Shown one piece after another: positions 8,371-17,116 of a stretch of DNA of 28,276 nucleotides. The position numbers and the translations under genes are program-made. Each line of letters begins with the position of its first letter. Positions within the stretch are counted from its first letter, which is position 1. The notes below the pieces were generated by a model, which saw only the letters and a list, made by a program, of their open reading frames with translations, was not told the DNA's origin and searched no databases. The DNA is from a virus (lineage: Duplodnaviria > Caudoviricetes): positions 1 through 28,276 of IMG/VR virus record IMGVR_UViG_3300032303_001862. One strand, given 5' to 3'.

Positions 8371-9388
8371 TAAGATAGCACAGTTTCACTTTGAATTGGA
8401 AGACTCGTCAGAGCTGACTGTAAGTTACTATTTGCAACCTAACAGTTTAACACGAAAATGGCTTAACATTGTCGAGCGTAGAAAAATTGAAAATAAAATT
8501 GCAATGCCATGGAGGGGGTCACTTTCAGATAAACACGAGCCTTTAGAATTAAAAATTGCAAATAAAACAGCATCTGATTCAAAGTTTTTAATAGATAAAC
8601 TTAATAGTATTATTTGTCAAATTAATACATATTACGATAAACCGCTGCCAGTTTTTAAAGACTTTTCAGAAATTGATCGAAATACTTTAAATTTCTTGCA
8701 TGAAGAATTTGAAGTATACGGTGAGCGAAACATAAAATTTTTAGAGATCGGATATGAAACACTAATTGGAGATCCTAAAAAATTTCCAGGAACATACTTT
8801 AGGACAGAATTTCATCAACTTTGGTTAGACTTAAATCAATGGATACACATTACAGAAACTGCGTTAGAGCAGTCTGATTTTCCTAACTTTAGTTGTCTTA
8901 TACAATATTTGCCATTTGAAGAAAATGGGTTTCCTATAGAAGAAATCGATAAACTATTTTTAACCACACATTATGAGTGGGGCGGGTTGTACTTAGGTTA
9001 TAATACTTTAGGAAAAGATTATATGCATACTATGTATGATCAGGATACTCGTGTAATAACGAACGATCAAGTAAAGGTTCAAGACAAACTAAGTTCAGAG
9101 GTATGGCTTAGTTTTAGTAAAACAAATTCAACCAAAGAACCAGAGTTAGATTTCTGGGAATGGTATTGTTCTTTAGATAAAGAAGTCCAAGAAAAACTTC
9201 CAATTAATAATCTAAACAAACTTGCATTAGGTCGATATTATCTCGGTAACGTGATAATTGACGAAGCATTTTTAAATTTCCATCCTAAACTAGAGGACTG
9301 GTTATTGCCTAATAGTGAAATTAAAAAACAGTGGGACTTAAAGGTTTTCAGTAAAATTACTACAGTGCTAGGAATTACAATTAAATGA
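8363..9388 (+). CDS. hypothetical protein (paired His/Glu motifs, possible metalloenzyme)
   Basis: LNFLHEEFE and LNQWIHITE helices plus GGLYLGYNTLGKD; overlaps both neighbours. Confidence 0.65.
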   Translation: MNDKIAQFHFELEDSSELTVSYYLQPNSLTRKWLNIVERRKIENKIAMPWRGSLSDKHEPLELKIANKTASDSKFLIDKLNSIICQINTYYDKPLPVFKDFSEIDRNTLNFLHEEFEVYGERNIKFLEIGYETLIGDPKKFPGTYFRTEFHQLWLDLNQWIHITETALEQSDFPNFSCLIQYLPFEENGFPIEEIDKLFLTTHYEWGGLYLGYNTLGKDYMHTMYDQDTRVITNDQVKVQDKLSSEVWLSFSKTNSTKEPELDFWEWYCSLDKEVQEKLPINNLNKLALGRYYLGNVIIDEAFLNFHPKLEDWLLPNSEIKKQWDLKVFSKITTVLGITIK

Positions 9389-11451
9389 TTGATATTTTAA
9401 AAAAGTTTATTAGTGATTCAAAAAAAAAACAATGGCACCCCAACTGGCCAATACCATCTGATATCTGGAACAGTAACTGGCCATGGCTTCCTGTCGAATT
9501 TAATTCGTTTTTTGATTTTGAAGCCATGCACAAGGAATGTATCGCTAATGATCATTTATTTGTAGGACATAGACAAAAGGATCGGCAATTTAGCTATAAT
9601 CACGAGGGCTGGGACGCCTTAACATTGCACGGGATTAGTCCAACAGCTACAGAAAATTATGAGCAATACGGTTTCAGTAGTGCTAGCGAGGCTAATTATC
9701 GCTGGACTGAAATATGCAAATTGTTTCCTGCTTGTACAGAATTTGTTAAAAGTTTAAATTATAAAAAATACGAGCGTGTAAGGATTATGCGTCTCGCACC
9801 CGGTGGATATATAATGCCCCATGTAGACGGACCAGGAAGGCATTTTGGTGCTTTAAATGTGGCTATTAATAATCCCAAAGGGTGCGAATTTTATTTTAAA
9901 GAATGGGGTCTCGTTCCCTTTAAACAAGGATGCGGAAATTTCTTAGATATAGGAAATGAACACATTGTTTGGAATAACAGCAACGAACCTCGATATCATT
10001 TTATTATACACGGTCATGATCCAAGAGATCTATATGAATATACATTTGACCAATTCCAAAAAAAATACGAGCCGAAATCAAATATTAAAATTGCCTACGG
10101 CGTATACAATCAGCGAGATAGAATAAACAACGAATTTGTTTATCAGCGCACTAAGGGTACTACACTTTATTATTTAGAACGTATTAGCAATAGATGTTTA
10201 ATAAAAAATGATCCCCCCATACGAATTATATGTCGTGATGAGATACATGAACTACTAGAGCAGGCGGCTCAAGAAGATTTTGATTATTGCGTAATACAAG
10301 CAGTTGGGTGTCAATTAAAAAATATGGATTTTCACTATAGTGTGCTTAGATTTATAATCGAGGCAGACAATTTTGGAATTGCAGGCCATCCGTTATGGAG
10401 GACCGACGGTAGGTGGCTCGAATTACATCATCAGTTTTTTATAGTTAATGTTAAGGCATGGGTAAAAGTTGGCCGACCAGAATACGGCACCTGGGAACAG
10501 GACGAAATTATGCTACCGGTAATTAACAGAAGTGATGAAAATTTTCACGATGACTACACACCCATTTGGGTTAAACCAACAGGCAAACACGAATTGCAAG
10601 AGAGAGCAGGTCAAGGTTGGAAACTATTAGCGGCAATGTTTGATCATGAGTACCCGGTAATAACGCTCAGCGAGCACATTAGACACAGTAAATTTTATGT
10701 TTATCCAGATCATGAAACGGAAAAATTTGAAGAATGCATACGCACACTTACTCCTTACGAAAATCAAAACTGGAATCAAAACAAATGGTTAACTAATTGT
10801 AAACGTGTAAAAGATCAAATATGGTTATTTAATTCGGAAAATATGAAAATACCTAATCAAGGCCCTTTTGATCTTGTGGTAACCACAGCCAGCGGATTTA
10901 AACTCTTTGATTTGTTTAGGACAAATAAATTAACTGACTCTGCAGAATTTATTATCTATGATTTTAATATTAAAAGTTTAGAATGGTTTGAACATCTATA
11001 TACTTGGGTCGGGGATGATTTATTAGAGTGTATTAGGGCATTCCCTGATCGAGATCATTTTACTTGGCTCGGTCGATGGGATGTAAAATACAACGAAGAT
11101 GAATATTTTAATGATTGTTTAAAAACAGTGTACGACTACTTTGGTCAAGAAGAATTTAAAGAGTATTGGTGGAAATTTAGAGCTATGCCTGTGGATTTTC
11201 ATATAATTGATTTATATAGTAATCCGGAATTGCTAGCTGGGTTGATGCACGGTAACGGCAAGAAATTTATTAATTTAACTAATATTTTTTCCACCGATGC
11301 TACACAGGTAATATTTGGACCAGTTGAATGTATGGCGGCTCAAACTCGATGTTTGGGAACTCTATACGTAGTTGATCCCACAATAGAAGTTACTCTATAT
11401 GATTATTGGAACTTGCATAAATTCGGACCGGTTAGGGACATATTACTGTGA
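9385..11451 (+). CDS. multidomain protein: N-terminal Asp/Asn beta-hydroxylase-like 2OG-Fe(II) oxygenase plus two uncharacterised domains
   Basis: RIMRLAPGGYIMPHVD (HxD), distal His in NEHIVWN and Arg in EPRYHFIIHG, followed by about 460 further residues. Confidence 0.8.
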   Translation: MIDILKKFISDSKKKQWHPNWPIPSDIWNSNWPWLPVEFNSFFDFEAMHKECIANDHLFVGHRQKDRQFSYNHEGWDALTLHGISPTATENYEQYGFSSASEANYRWTEICKLFPACTEFVKSLNYKKYERVRIMRLAPGGYIMPHVDGPGRHFGALNVAINNPKGCEFYFKEWGLVPFKQGCGNFLDIGNEHIVWNNSNEPRYHFIIHGHDPRDLYEYTFDQFQKKYEPKSNIKIAYGVYNQRDRINNEFVYQRTKGTTLYYLERISNRCLIKNDPPIRIICRDEIHELLEQAAQEDFDYCVIQAVGCQLKNMDFHYSVLRFIIEADNFGIAGHPLWRTDGRWLELHHQFFIVNVKAWVKVGRPEYGTWEQDEIMLPVINRSDENFHDDYTPIWVKPTGKHELQERAGQGWKLLAAMFDHEYPVITLSEHIRHSKFYVYPDHETEKFEECIRTLTPYENQNWNQNKWLTNCKRVKDQIWLFNSENMKIPNQGPFDLVVTTASGFKLFDLFRTNKLTDSAEFIIYDFNIKSLEWFEHLYTWVGDDLLECIRAFPDRDHFTWLGRWDVKYNEDEYFNDCLKTVYDYFGQEEFKEYWWKFRAMPVDFHIIDLYSNPELLAGLMHGNGKKFINLTNIFSTDATQVIFGPVECMAAQTRCLGTLYVVDPTIEVTLYDYWNLHKFGPVRDILL

Positions 11452-12251
11452 AATCCATTTGGGTATTTGGTGATAGTTATGCGGCACCTGATTTGCAATC
11501 AGATTGGCCAGCTAGGGTAGGGCAGGGTATCGGCGATCCTGTACGCAATTATGCTATAAGTGGAGGCAGTACAGAATACGCTGTTCGAACATTGTTTGGC
11601 CGGATTAATCATATACCCGACGACGATGTAGTAATATTTGTGGCCAGTACGCTTGGAAGAATTCACTTTGAATTTCAAAATCAGCAACCGCATACATCCA
11701 CATGGAAAGATGGATCAGATCTCGCTAGTCTAAATGATGGGCCGTCCCAGTGGTTCAAAGATAATCGAGATCACCTTCGTTGGTATTTAACTAATCAAGA
11801 TCTTGGACTAGCATCTATAACCCATTTTGGATACAAGACCGTACTTAAAAATTTTGCCGAATCTAGATCAGGAATCGTTCTTTTCTTAGAAAACTCCAAT
11901 ACAAATCCCCCTGCAGAATTAGTTAACATACCTAATAATTTTATAAATCCAAAAATATTCCTAAACACAATTTCTGAATGTGAAATTATTAATAGATCAC
12001 CATACGATGAATGGGTTAAACATACAGTATGGGATGCAAGAATTAACCATATGACACTACCAAATTTAGCAACTTTAGCCAATCTTGTAGTAAATGTTAT
12101 AAATCATCCGACTGCTGCCAACATCGATGCATTTCAATATAAAGAATTTCGACAAGATATAATGAGTATTATTACTAGTCCAAAAGATTTTGATTTTTAT
12201 GTTCAAAATGGGTACCTTCATCCGGACCGTCTTCTTCGCTGGCACGGTTGA
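11448..12251 (+). CDS. SGNH/GDSL-hydrolase-like protein
   Basis: Block I VFGDSY, block II NYAISGGS and late D-x-x-x-N-H (DARINHM); GTGA overlap with the upstream gene. Confidence 0.6.
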   Translation: MKSIWVFGDSYAAPDLQSDWPARVGQGIGDPVRNYAISGGSTEYAVRTLFGRINHIPDDDVVIFVASTLGRIHFEFQNQQPHTSTWKDGSDLASLNDGPSQWFKDNRDHLRWYLTNQDLGLASITHFGYKTVLKNFAESRSGIVLFLENSNTNPPAELVNIPNNFINPKIFLNTISECEIINRSPYDEWVKHTVWDARINHMTLPNLATLANLVVNVINHPTAANIDAFQYKEFRQDIMSIITSPKDFDFYVQNGYLHPDRLLRWHG

Positions 12252-12276
12252 CAAAGATACCAAATGGCATTATAAT
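12248..12276 (+). promoter_or_regulatory. sigma70-type early promoter
   Basis: TTGACA (12248-12253), 17 nt spacer, TATAAT (12271-12276). Confidence 0.85.
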
Positions 12277-12308
12277 ATGTGTATTGCGTAACTAAACAGG
12301 AGCATAAA

Positions 12309-13469
12309 TTGGCTAAAATAGCACACAAAAATCGAGTCGCAAAACCTAAAGATTCAAGCCCAACATGGGACGGGGTTGATACTATGGATGCTGAACAATT
12401 TTTAAAGCATTGGCATCGTGCTATGGACTATTATCGTTTGGACTTTAACGGTAAAGATCTAAAGCCTGCTGTTATCAAATGGATGACTACTGTTGGCTGT
12501 ACCAAAGAAGACATTACGGCCTTTAAGAAAACCAAAGATAATCGCTGTTCAACTACAATGGGCGCCATTGCAAGTTGCCTGCTCCGCGGTATGCCCGCAG
12601 TTCGAGCAGATTTCAATCAAGGTCGAGACACTGCCGCTTGGTTACGAGAAGCCATTGTAGACACTATCGAAGCCGGTAAGAATGATATTGATGCTGAAGC
12701 AGTTGTTGAAGTAAAACCCGTCGTGCCTGTTGTTAGTATTCAAGATCGTGTACGTGAGGCCGCTTACAGGATGACCGACGAATTAGAAGATGCGTTAGAA
12801 GGGTTCCAAGCAGATGCTGAAAATTTTGATCCAAAGGCATTTAAAGTTCTTAATTTACTAAAAGCTAAGGAAGCTAAAGCCGCACATACACGTTTTATCA
12901 AACAGTTATACCAACGTGATCTAGACGAGTTGCTAGAATTATCCAGTGGCAACGCTGACGAACAGTTACGCGAAGGGTATGCTCACCGTAGCCGTAAGCA
13001 AATTAAAAACCTAATTGCATTTTATCAAGAAATTATGAGTGCCTGCGACATGCTTGGACAAGAAGCCAAAGTTAACCGCAAACCACGCAAGGCAAAAATT
13101 GTTCCTAAGGACAAGATTGTTGCTAAACTCAAGTATAAAAAGACAGACGAGCCGTTGAAGCTAGTGTCTATTAACCCTGCTGATATTATTGGTGCTAAAG
13201 AATTGTGGATTTATAATACTAAAAATAGAAAATTAGGGCGTTATGTTGCCGACGAGTACAAAGATTTAGGAGTCAAAGGTACTACAATTACCGGTTTTAA
13301 CGAATTCAAGAGTGTACAAAAAACTCTACGTAAACCCGATGAAAAACTTAAAGAGTTTAAAGCCGCTGGCAAAGTACAGTTACGCAAGTTCTTAGACGAC
13401 ATCAACGCTACAGACACTAAAATGAACGGGCGTATCAACGAAGAAACTGTGCTGTTACGGGTGCAGTAA
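12309..13469 (+). CDS. hypothetical early phage protein (Lys-rich C-terminal domain)
   Basis: TTG at 12309 follows SD AGGAG (12298-12302). The track start at 12279 lies only 2 nt after the -10 box, before the likely transcription start. Confidence 0.75.
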   Translation: MAKIAHKNRVAKPKDSSPTWDGVDTMDAEQFLKHWHRAMDYYRLDFNGKDLKPAVIKWMTTVGCTKEDITAFKKTKDNRCSTTMGAIASCLLRGMPAVRADFNQGRDTAAWLREAIVDTIEAGKNDIDAEAVVEVKPVVPVVSIQDRVREAAYRMTDELEDALEGFQADAENFDPKAFKVLNLLKAKEAKAAHTRFIKQLYQRDLDELLELSSGNADEQLREGYAHRSRKQIKNLIAFYQEIMSACDMLGQEAKVNRKPRKAKIVPKDKIVAKLKYKKTDEPLKLVSINPADIIGAKELWIYNTKNRKLGRYVADEYKDLGVKGTTITGFNEFKSVQKTLRKPDEKLKEFKAAGKVQLRKFLDDINATDTKMNGRINEETVLLRVQ

Positions 13470-13502
13470 TTAGCTAAAAACTTCAAAATAACCACGGAGG
13501 TA

Positions 13503-13541
13503 AGTTAAGTCTCAAGATAAATATCATAAAGAGACTTAACT
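13503..13541 (+). promoter_or_regulatory. late promoter GATAAATA (13516-13523) in the loop of a perfect 11-bp hairpin covering the RBS
   Basis: AGTTAAGTCTC (13503-13513) is the exact reverse complement of GAGACTTAACT (13531-13541), which abuts the ATG at 13542. Confidence 0.8.
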
Positions 13542-14801
13542 ATGCCTATTCAATCTAGCAATCAAAATCCAAGTTCTACAGGCTTTACAAGTCGTAACGG
13601 TAGCCTTTTAACTGACAACGACATTGATTTAACAGCCGGACACGCTTATCAAATTGATAACGTTCCTGTCTTATCTGCCGGTGAATTGGGTGCTACTATA
13701 CTCAAAAGTAAACTACGACAAGTTGGCACATTAAATTCGCTAACTGTTTCCGGTGATGCTAACCTTGCAGATTTTGCATTTTTTAACAGCTCTTACAATA
13801 GATTTGGTTTAGGCACAGACGAGCCCAATGCTTCTCTTTCAATTGTTGATAATAACGTTGAAATTGCCATTGGAAGTCCGGATACAGATCTTGCAACCAT
13901 CGGAACATATACACCACATGATGTAGGCATTATTACAGATAATATCATACGCCTAACAGTTAAAAATAGTGGCGAAATACACATTGGTAACAGCATAAGC
14001 AAACAGGGTGTATTACGTGTATTTGGAACAATATATGCGGATAGTCTAGTATCAGATACACGTATTGATCGCATGAGTTCTTTAGAATTCAAAGCTAGTA
14101 AAGATCATCAATTACAAGGCTTAGGATTACATTGGTCAGATCCTGATAGCGGTACAAGCAAATGGCTAATACTTCGTGACGGTCCGGATCGTTTATGGAC
14201 TACAGAAAGTTTTGATATTGGCCCAGATCAATCTTATTACATTGACGGTATTTCTGTTATTAACTCAGTTGGGTTGGGCCGCAACATTATCAACAGTAAT
14301 TTAACCACAGTTGGTACGCTACAAAGCCTTGCAGTGCAAAATGAAACTAACTTATATGGCAACTTAAATGTATTAAATTCTACAATTACTGCCAAAGAAC
14401 TTACATTTAATGATGGGGTTAATTCATTAATTGTTAATAATACTTCATTGGCCAGCAATCAAAAAATTACTATCTCAGTACAAGAATCCGAAGTACTATA
14501 TTCAGACGCCAACGAAATCATTATTGGTGACAAGGATAACACTAGAAAAAATGTTAAAGTGTTTGGCACATTGAGCATAGGAGTTAACAACCCAGATGGT
14601 CGTTACGCATTACAAACTTCTGGCAACGTTAAATTTGGTGGTAAAGCCTTTCTTAATGATACTAAACCACCAGTCAGCGGTGACCACGGCAGGGGCGACC
14701 TTTGTTGGAACAGCAATCCAAATTCTGGTGGATATGTTGGTTGGGTTTGCATTCAAGCTGGTGCGCCTGGAACATGGATACCGTTCGGATTAATTGCTTA
14801 A
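13542..14801 (+). CDS. tail-fibre-like virion structural protein
   Basis: Repeated S.L..VGTL.SL.V motif, G[LI]G...P fibre motifs, C-terminal GDLCWNSNP..GGYVGWVC...G.PGTW..FG; late promoter. Confidence 0.7.
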   Translation: MPIQSSNQNPSSTGFTSRNGSLLTDNDIDLTAGHAYQIDNVPVLSAGELGATILKSKLRQVGTLNSLTVSGDANLADFAFFNSSYNRFGLGTDEPNASLSIVDNNVEIAIGSPDTDLATIGTYTPHDVGIITDNIIRLTVKNSGEIHIGNSISKQGVLRVFGTIYADSLVSDTRIDRMSSLEFKASKDHQLQGLGLHWSDPDSGTSKWLILRDGPDRLWTTESFDIGPDQSYYIDGISVINSVGLGRNIINSNLTTVGTLQSLAVQNETNLYGNLNVLNSTITAKELTFNDGVNSLIVNNTSLASNQKITISVQESEVLYSDANEIIIGDKDNTRKNVKVFGTLSIGVNNPDGRYALQTSGNVKFGGKAFLNDTKPPVSGDHGRGDLCWNSNPNSGGYVGWVCIQAGAPGTWIPFGLIA

Positions 14802-14810
14802 CCAATAACA

Positions 14811-14838
14811 TTGACTTTAGTAGATAAAACTGTATAAT
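14811..14838 (+). promoter_or_regulatory. sigma70-type promoter for queD
   Basis: TTGACT (14811-14816), 16 nt spacer, TATAAT (14833-14838); predicted start near 14845. Confidence 0.7.
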
Positions 14839-14844
14839 TACATT

Positions 14845-14886
14845 ATGCGGTCTTAGGCGTCATCCCGCAATATAAACTCTGCCGCC
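14845..14886 (+). ncRNA. candidate preQ1-I-like riboswitch / H-type pseudoknot leader
   Basis: P1 TGCGG (14846-50)/CCGCA (14865-69); loop ending CATC; A-rich tail ATATAAAC; P2 GGCG (14856-59)/CGCC (14883-86); lies directly upstream of queD. Confidence 0.5.
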
Positions 14887-14909
14887 ATTGCTTAATCAAG
14901 GAGATTACA

Positions 14910-15491
14910 ATGGCAAAATATCTATCAACAAAAACATACGGTAACGACCGCGGCCTATCATGCTGTTTTAGACAATGGCGTTCACGTCATAGTCACTGCT
15001 CAACATTACATGGTTACTCAATTGGTATTAAACTAATTTTTGAAAGTGAAACACTAGACGACCGCAATTGGGTCATGGACTTTGGTGGGCTCAAAGCATT
15101 TAAAGAATGGTCAGAATATATGTTTGATCATACCCTGGTTGTTGCAGAAGACGACCCACATTTAGAATTCTTTAAACGTATGAGTTACCTAGGCGATCCA
15201 CCGCATAGCGGAATGGGCGTGTTACCAAATAGTGCTCCGCATGAGCGTGGTGCTATTTGTGATCTGCGTATTGTAGAAGCAGTAGGTTGCGAAAAATTTG
15301 CAGAAGTTGCCTTTAAGACCATGCAACATATTTTAACAACATTTCAAAAGGGAGAAAGTTGGTCGCTAAATACCCAAGATGGTAAGGAACTTAAAGTGTT
15401 TACTTGCCGTTACCCTGTTGGAAGTGGTGTTAAATTAAGATCTGTTGAAGTGTTTGAACATAACGCCAATTCAGCTACATACGAGGAATAA
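14910..15491 (+). CDS. queD: QueD/PTPS-family T-fold enzyme (6-carboxytetrahydropterin synthase-like)
   Basis: HSHCSTLHGYS, NWVMDFGGLK, FDHT, GCEKFAE and VEVFEH..NSA.Y motifs; SD AAGGAG. Confidence 0.85.
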   Translation: MAKYLSTKTYGNDRGLSCCFRQWRSRHSHCSTLHGYSIGIKLIFESETLDDRNWVMDFGGLKAFKEWSEYMFDHTLVVAEDDPHLEFFKRMSYLGDPPHSGMGVLPNSAPHERGAICDLRIVEAVGCEKFAEVAFKTMQHILTTFQKGESWSLNTQDGKELKVFTCRYPVGSGVKLRSVEVFEHNANSATYEE

Positions 15492-15492
15492 G

Positions 15493-15777
15493 ATGCCAAT
15501 AAGAGAATACCGCTGTTCAGAATGTCAACATCAATGGGAAGAACTACGAAAGGGGCAAACTCATGCAGAGGAATGTCCTAAATGCCAGGCAAAAAACCCA
15601 TTAGCATTGTTAACATCAGCGGCATTACAGTTTAAAGGTGCAGGGTGGTGGTCTAATGATAAACATAACTATGAACCTAGTAAGCAGATTATATTGCGCG
15701 GCGACGGTACAACAGTTGAACCACAAGATCCCATTAACCAACGATTGGTTACCAAAGACTGGACTCCTCCAAAATAA
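15493..15777 (+). CDS. FmdB-family zinc-ribbon protein
   Basis: MPIREYRCSEC...CPKC...FKGAGWW..D; the ATG at 15493 follows the queD stop and SD GAGG. Confidence 0.85.
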   Translation: MPIREYRCSECQHQWEELRKGQTHAEECPKCQAKNPLALLTSAALQFKGAGWWSNDKHNYEPSKQIILRGDGTTVEPQDPINQRLVTKDWTPPK

Positions 15778-15792
15778 TAATACTCATAACGG

Positions 15793-15821
15793 TTGCTTTT
15801 ATTATCTGTTTAGTGTATACT
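15793..15821 (+). promoter_or_regulatory. sigma70-type promoter for uvsE
   Basis: TTGCTT (15793-15798), 17 nt spacer, TATACT (15816-15821). Confidence 0.6.
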
Positions 15822-15850
15822 GTACATATTGTTAACTACCGGCTACACTA

Positions 15851-16876
15851 ATGAAACGTATAGGCTTCGCATGTAAATGGATCGACCATGCAGATCAAGT
15901 CAGTGGCATTAAATCTACAGACGAATGTAAAATTTATAATACAGGCTCAACCACAGTAGCTTGGCTTAAACGTCAATCGAGGGAAGTAGCAGAACAAAAA
16001 CTTTGGGACCTAATGGTTCAGAATATCGAATCCACCCGCAAACTTGTAGAGAGAGTAGGAGATTTAGATGATAGCTTACGTATGGTACGCCTTAGTAGTG
16101 ACATTTTGCCTGTGTACACTCAGTCTGACTTTGCTTACTTTTGGCAGCTTCCTACCACAAAAGATTATCTCGAGCGACACTTTCAAGAAGTTGGCAATAT
16201 CGCTCGCAGCCGTAATGTACGTCTCAGCTTTCATCCTGGTCAGTTCACTGTTCTGGCTAGTGATAACCCGGGTATTGTTGAACGGAGCATAGAGGAATTT
16301 GAATACCATGCAGATATGGCTCGATGGATGGGGTATGGAAAAACATTCCAAGACTTTAAAATTAATGTACATATATCAGGAAAACAAGGACCCGAGGGAA
16401 TCCGCAAGGCTTATAAGAAGCTGTCGAACGAAGCACGTAATTGCCTCACTATCGAAAACGAGGAAAACTCCTGGGGTTTAAATGACTGCCTATCTCTTTC
16501 TGATATTGTCCCTATTGTGCTTGATATTCACCATCATTGGATCAGAGAAGGAGAATATCTCCAACCTAATGACCAACGAGTTCAAAAAGTTTTGGATAGT
16601 TGGCGTGGCTTGCGGCCTACTATGCATTACAGCCTATCTCGAGAAGACTACCTCATCGAGCATACCCAATCTGTTGCGCCTAATCATGCCCAACTTCTTT
16701 TAGACGGTTATAAAAAACAAAAGCTCAGAGCCCATTCAGACTTCTACTGGAATACAGCAACGAACGAATGGGCTTTGAGCTTTTTAAATACGCACGATAT
16801 CATGTGCGAAAGCAAAGGTAAAAATCTAGCCAGCTTTGAATTGCACAGGCAGGCTAAACTACTTAAACTGCTTTAG
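15851..16876 (+). CDS. uvsE: UV damage endonuclease (UvdE/UvsE)
   Basis: RIGFACK, RLSSDILP, RLSFHPGQF, INVH, LTIENEE, VLDIHHH, HYS, RAHSD and DIMCESKGK motifs. Confidence 0.95.
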   Translation: MKRIGFACKWIDHADQVSGIKSTDECKIYNTGSTTVAWLKRQSREVAEQKLWDLMVQNIESTRKLVERVGDLDDSLRMVRLSSDILPVYTQSDFAYFWQLPTTKDYLERHFQEVGNIARSRNVRLSFHPGQFTVLASDNPGIVERSIEEFEYHADMARWMGYGKTFQDFKINVHISGKQGPEGIRKAYKKLSNEARNCLTIENEENSWGLNDCLSLSDIVPIVLDIHHHWIREGEYLQPNDQRVQKVLDSWRGLRPTMHYSLSREDYLIEHTQSVAPNHAQLLLDGYKKQKLRAHSDFYWNTATNEWALSFLNTHDIMCESKGKNLASFELHRQAKLLKLL

Positions 16877-17075
16877 GCTTTTTAGGAGCACGTGGTTTTT
16901 TAACAGCCGGTGCTTTTTTAGCTTTAGCAGGTTTAGCAATAGATTCTACAACTGCTTGGGCGGCTTGTTCAGCGACCGGGCTTGCAGTTGGGGTTTCTAC
17001 TTTATAAGGTACTTCAACTGCTGGCGCATCAGCTTTTTGTCCAAAGCCAAATAATTTTTTAATGTGATGTAACAT
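16863..17075 (-). CDS. small late protein with Lys/Ala/Pro-rich basic tail
   Basis: SD AGGAGA and CATAAATA box upstream; C-terminus AKPAKAKKAPAVKKPRAPKKPKAV. Confidence 0.75.
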   Translation of the reverse strand: MLHHIKKLFGFGQKADAPAVEVPYKVETPTASPVAEQAAQAVVESIAKPAKAKKAPAVKKPRAPKKPKAV

Positions 17076-17095
17076 GGTTATATCTCCTCGTGAAT

Positions 17096-17111
17096 TATTT
17101 ATGAATAAATA
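17096..17111. promoter_or_regulatory. back-to-back divergent late promoters
   Basis: TATTTAT-GA-ATAAATA: CATAAATA on the minus strand (17096-17103) and AATAAATA on the plus strand (17104-17111), 5 nt before the SOD ATG. Confidence 0.65.
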
Positions 17112-17116
17112 TCATT

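Noticed and set aside
13503-13541. Hairpin as an intrinsic terminator
   Set aside because: There is no U-tract after the stem on the + strand, and the 17-nt loop contains a late promoter. RBS occlusion explains it better.
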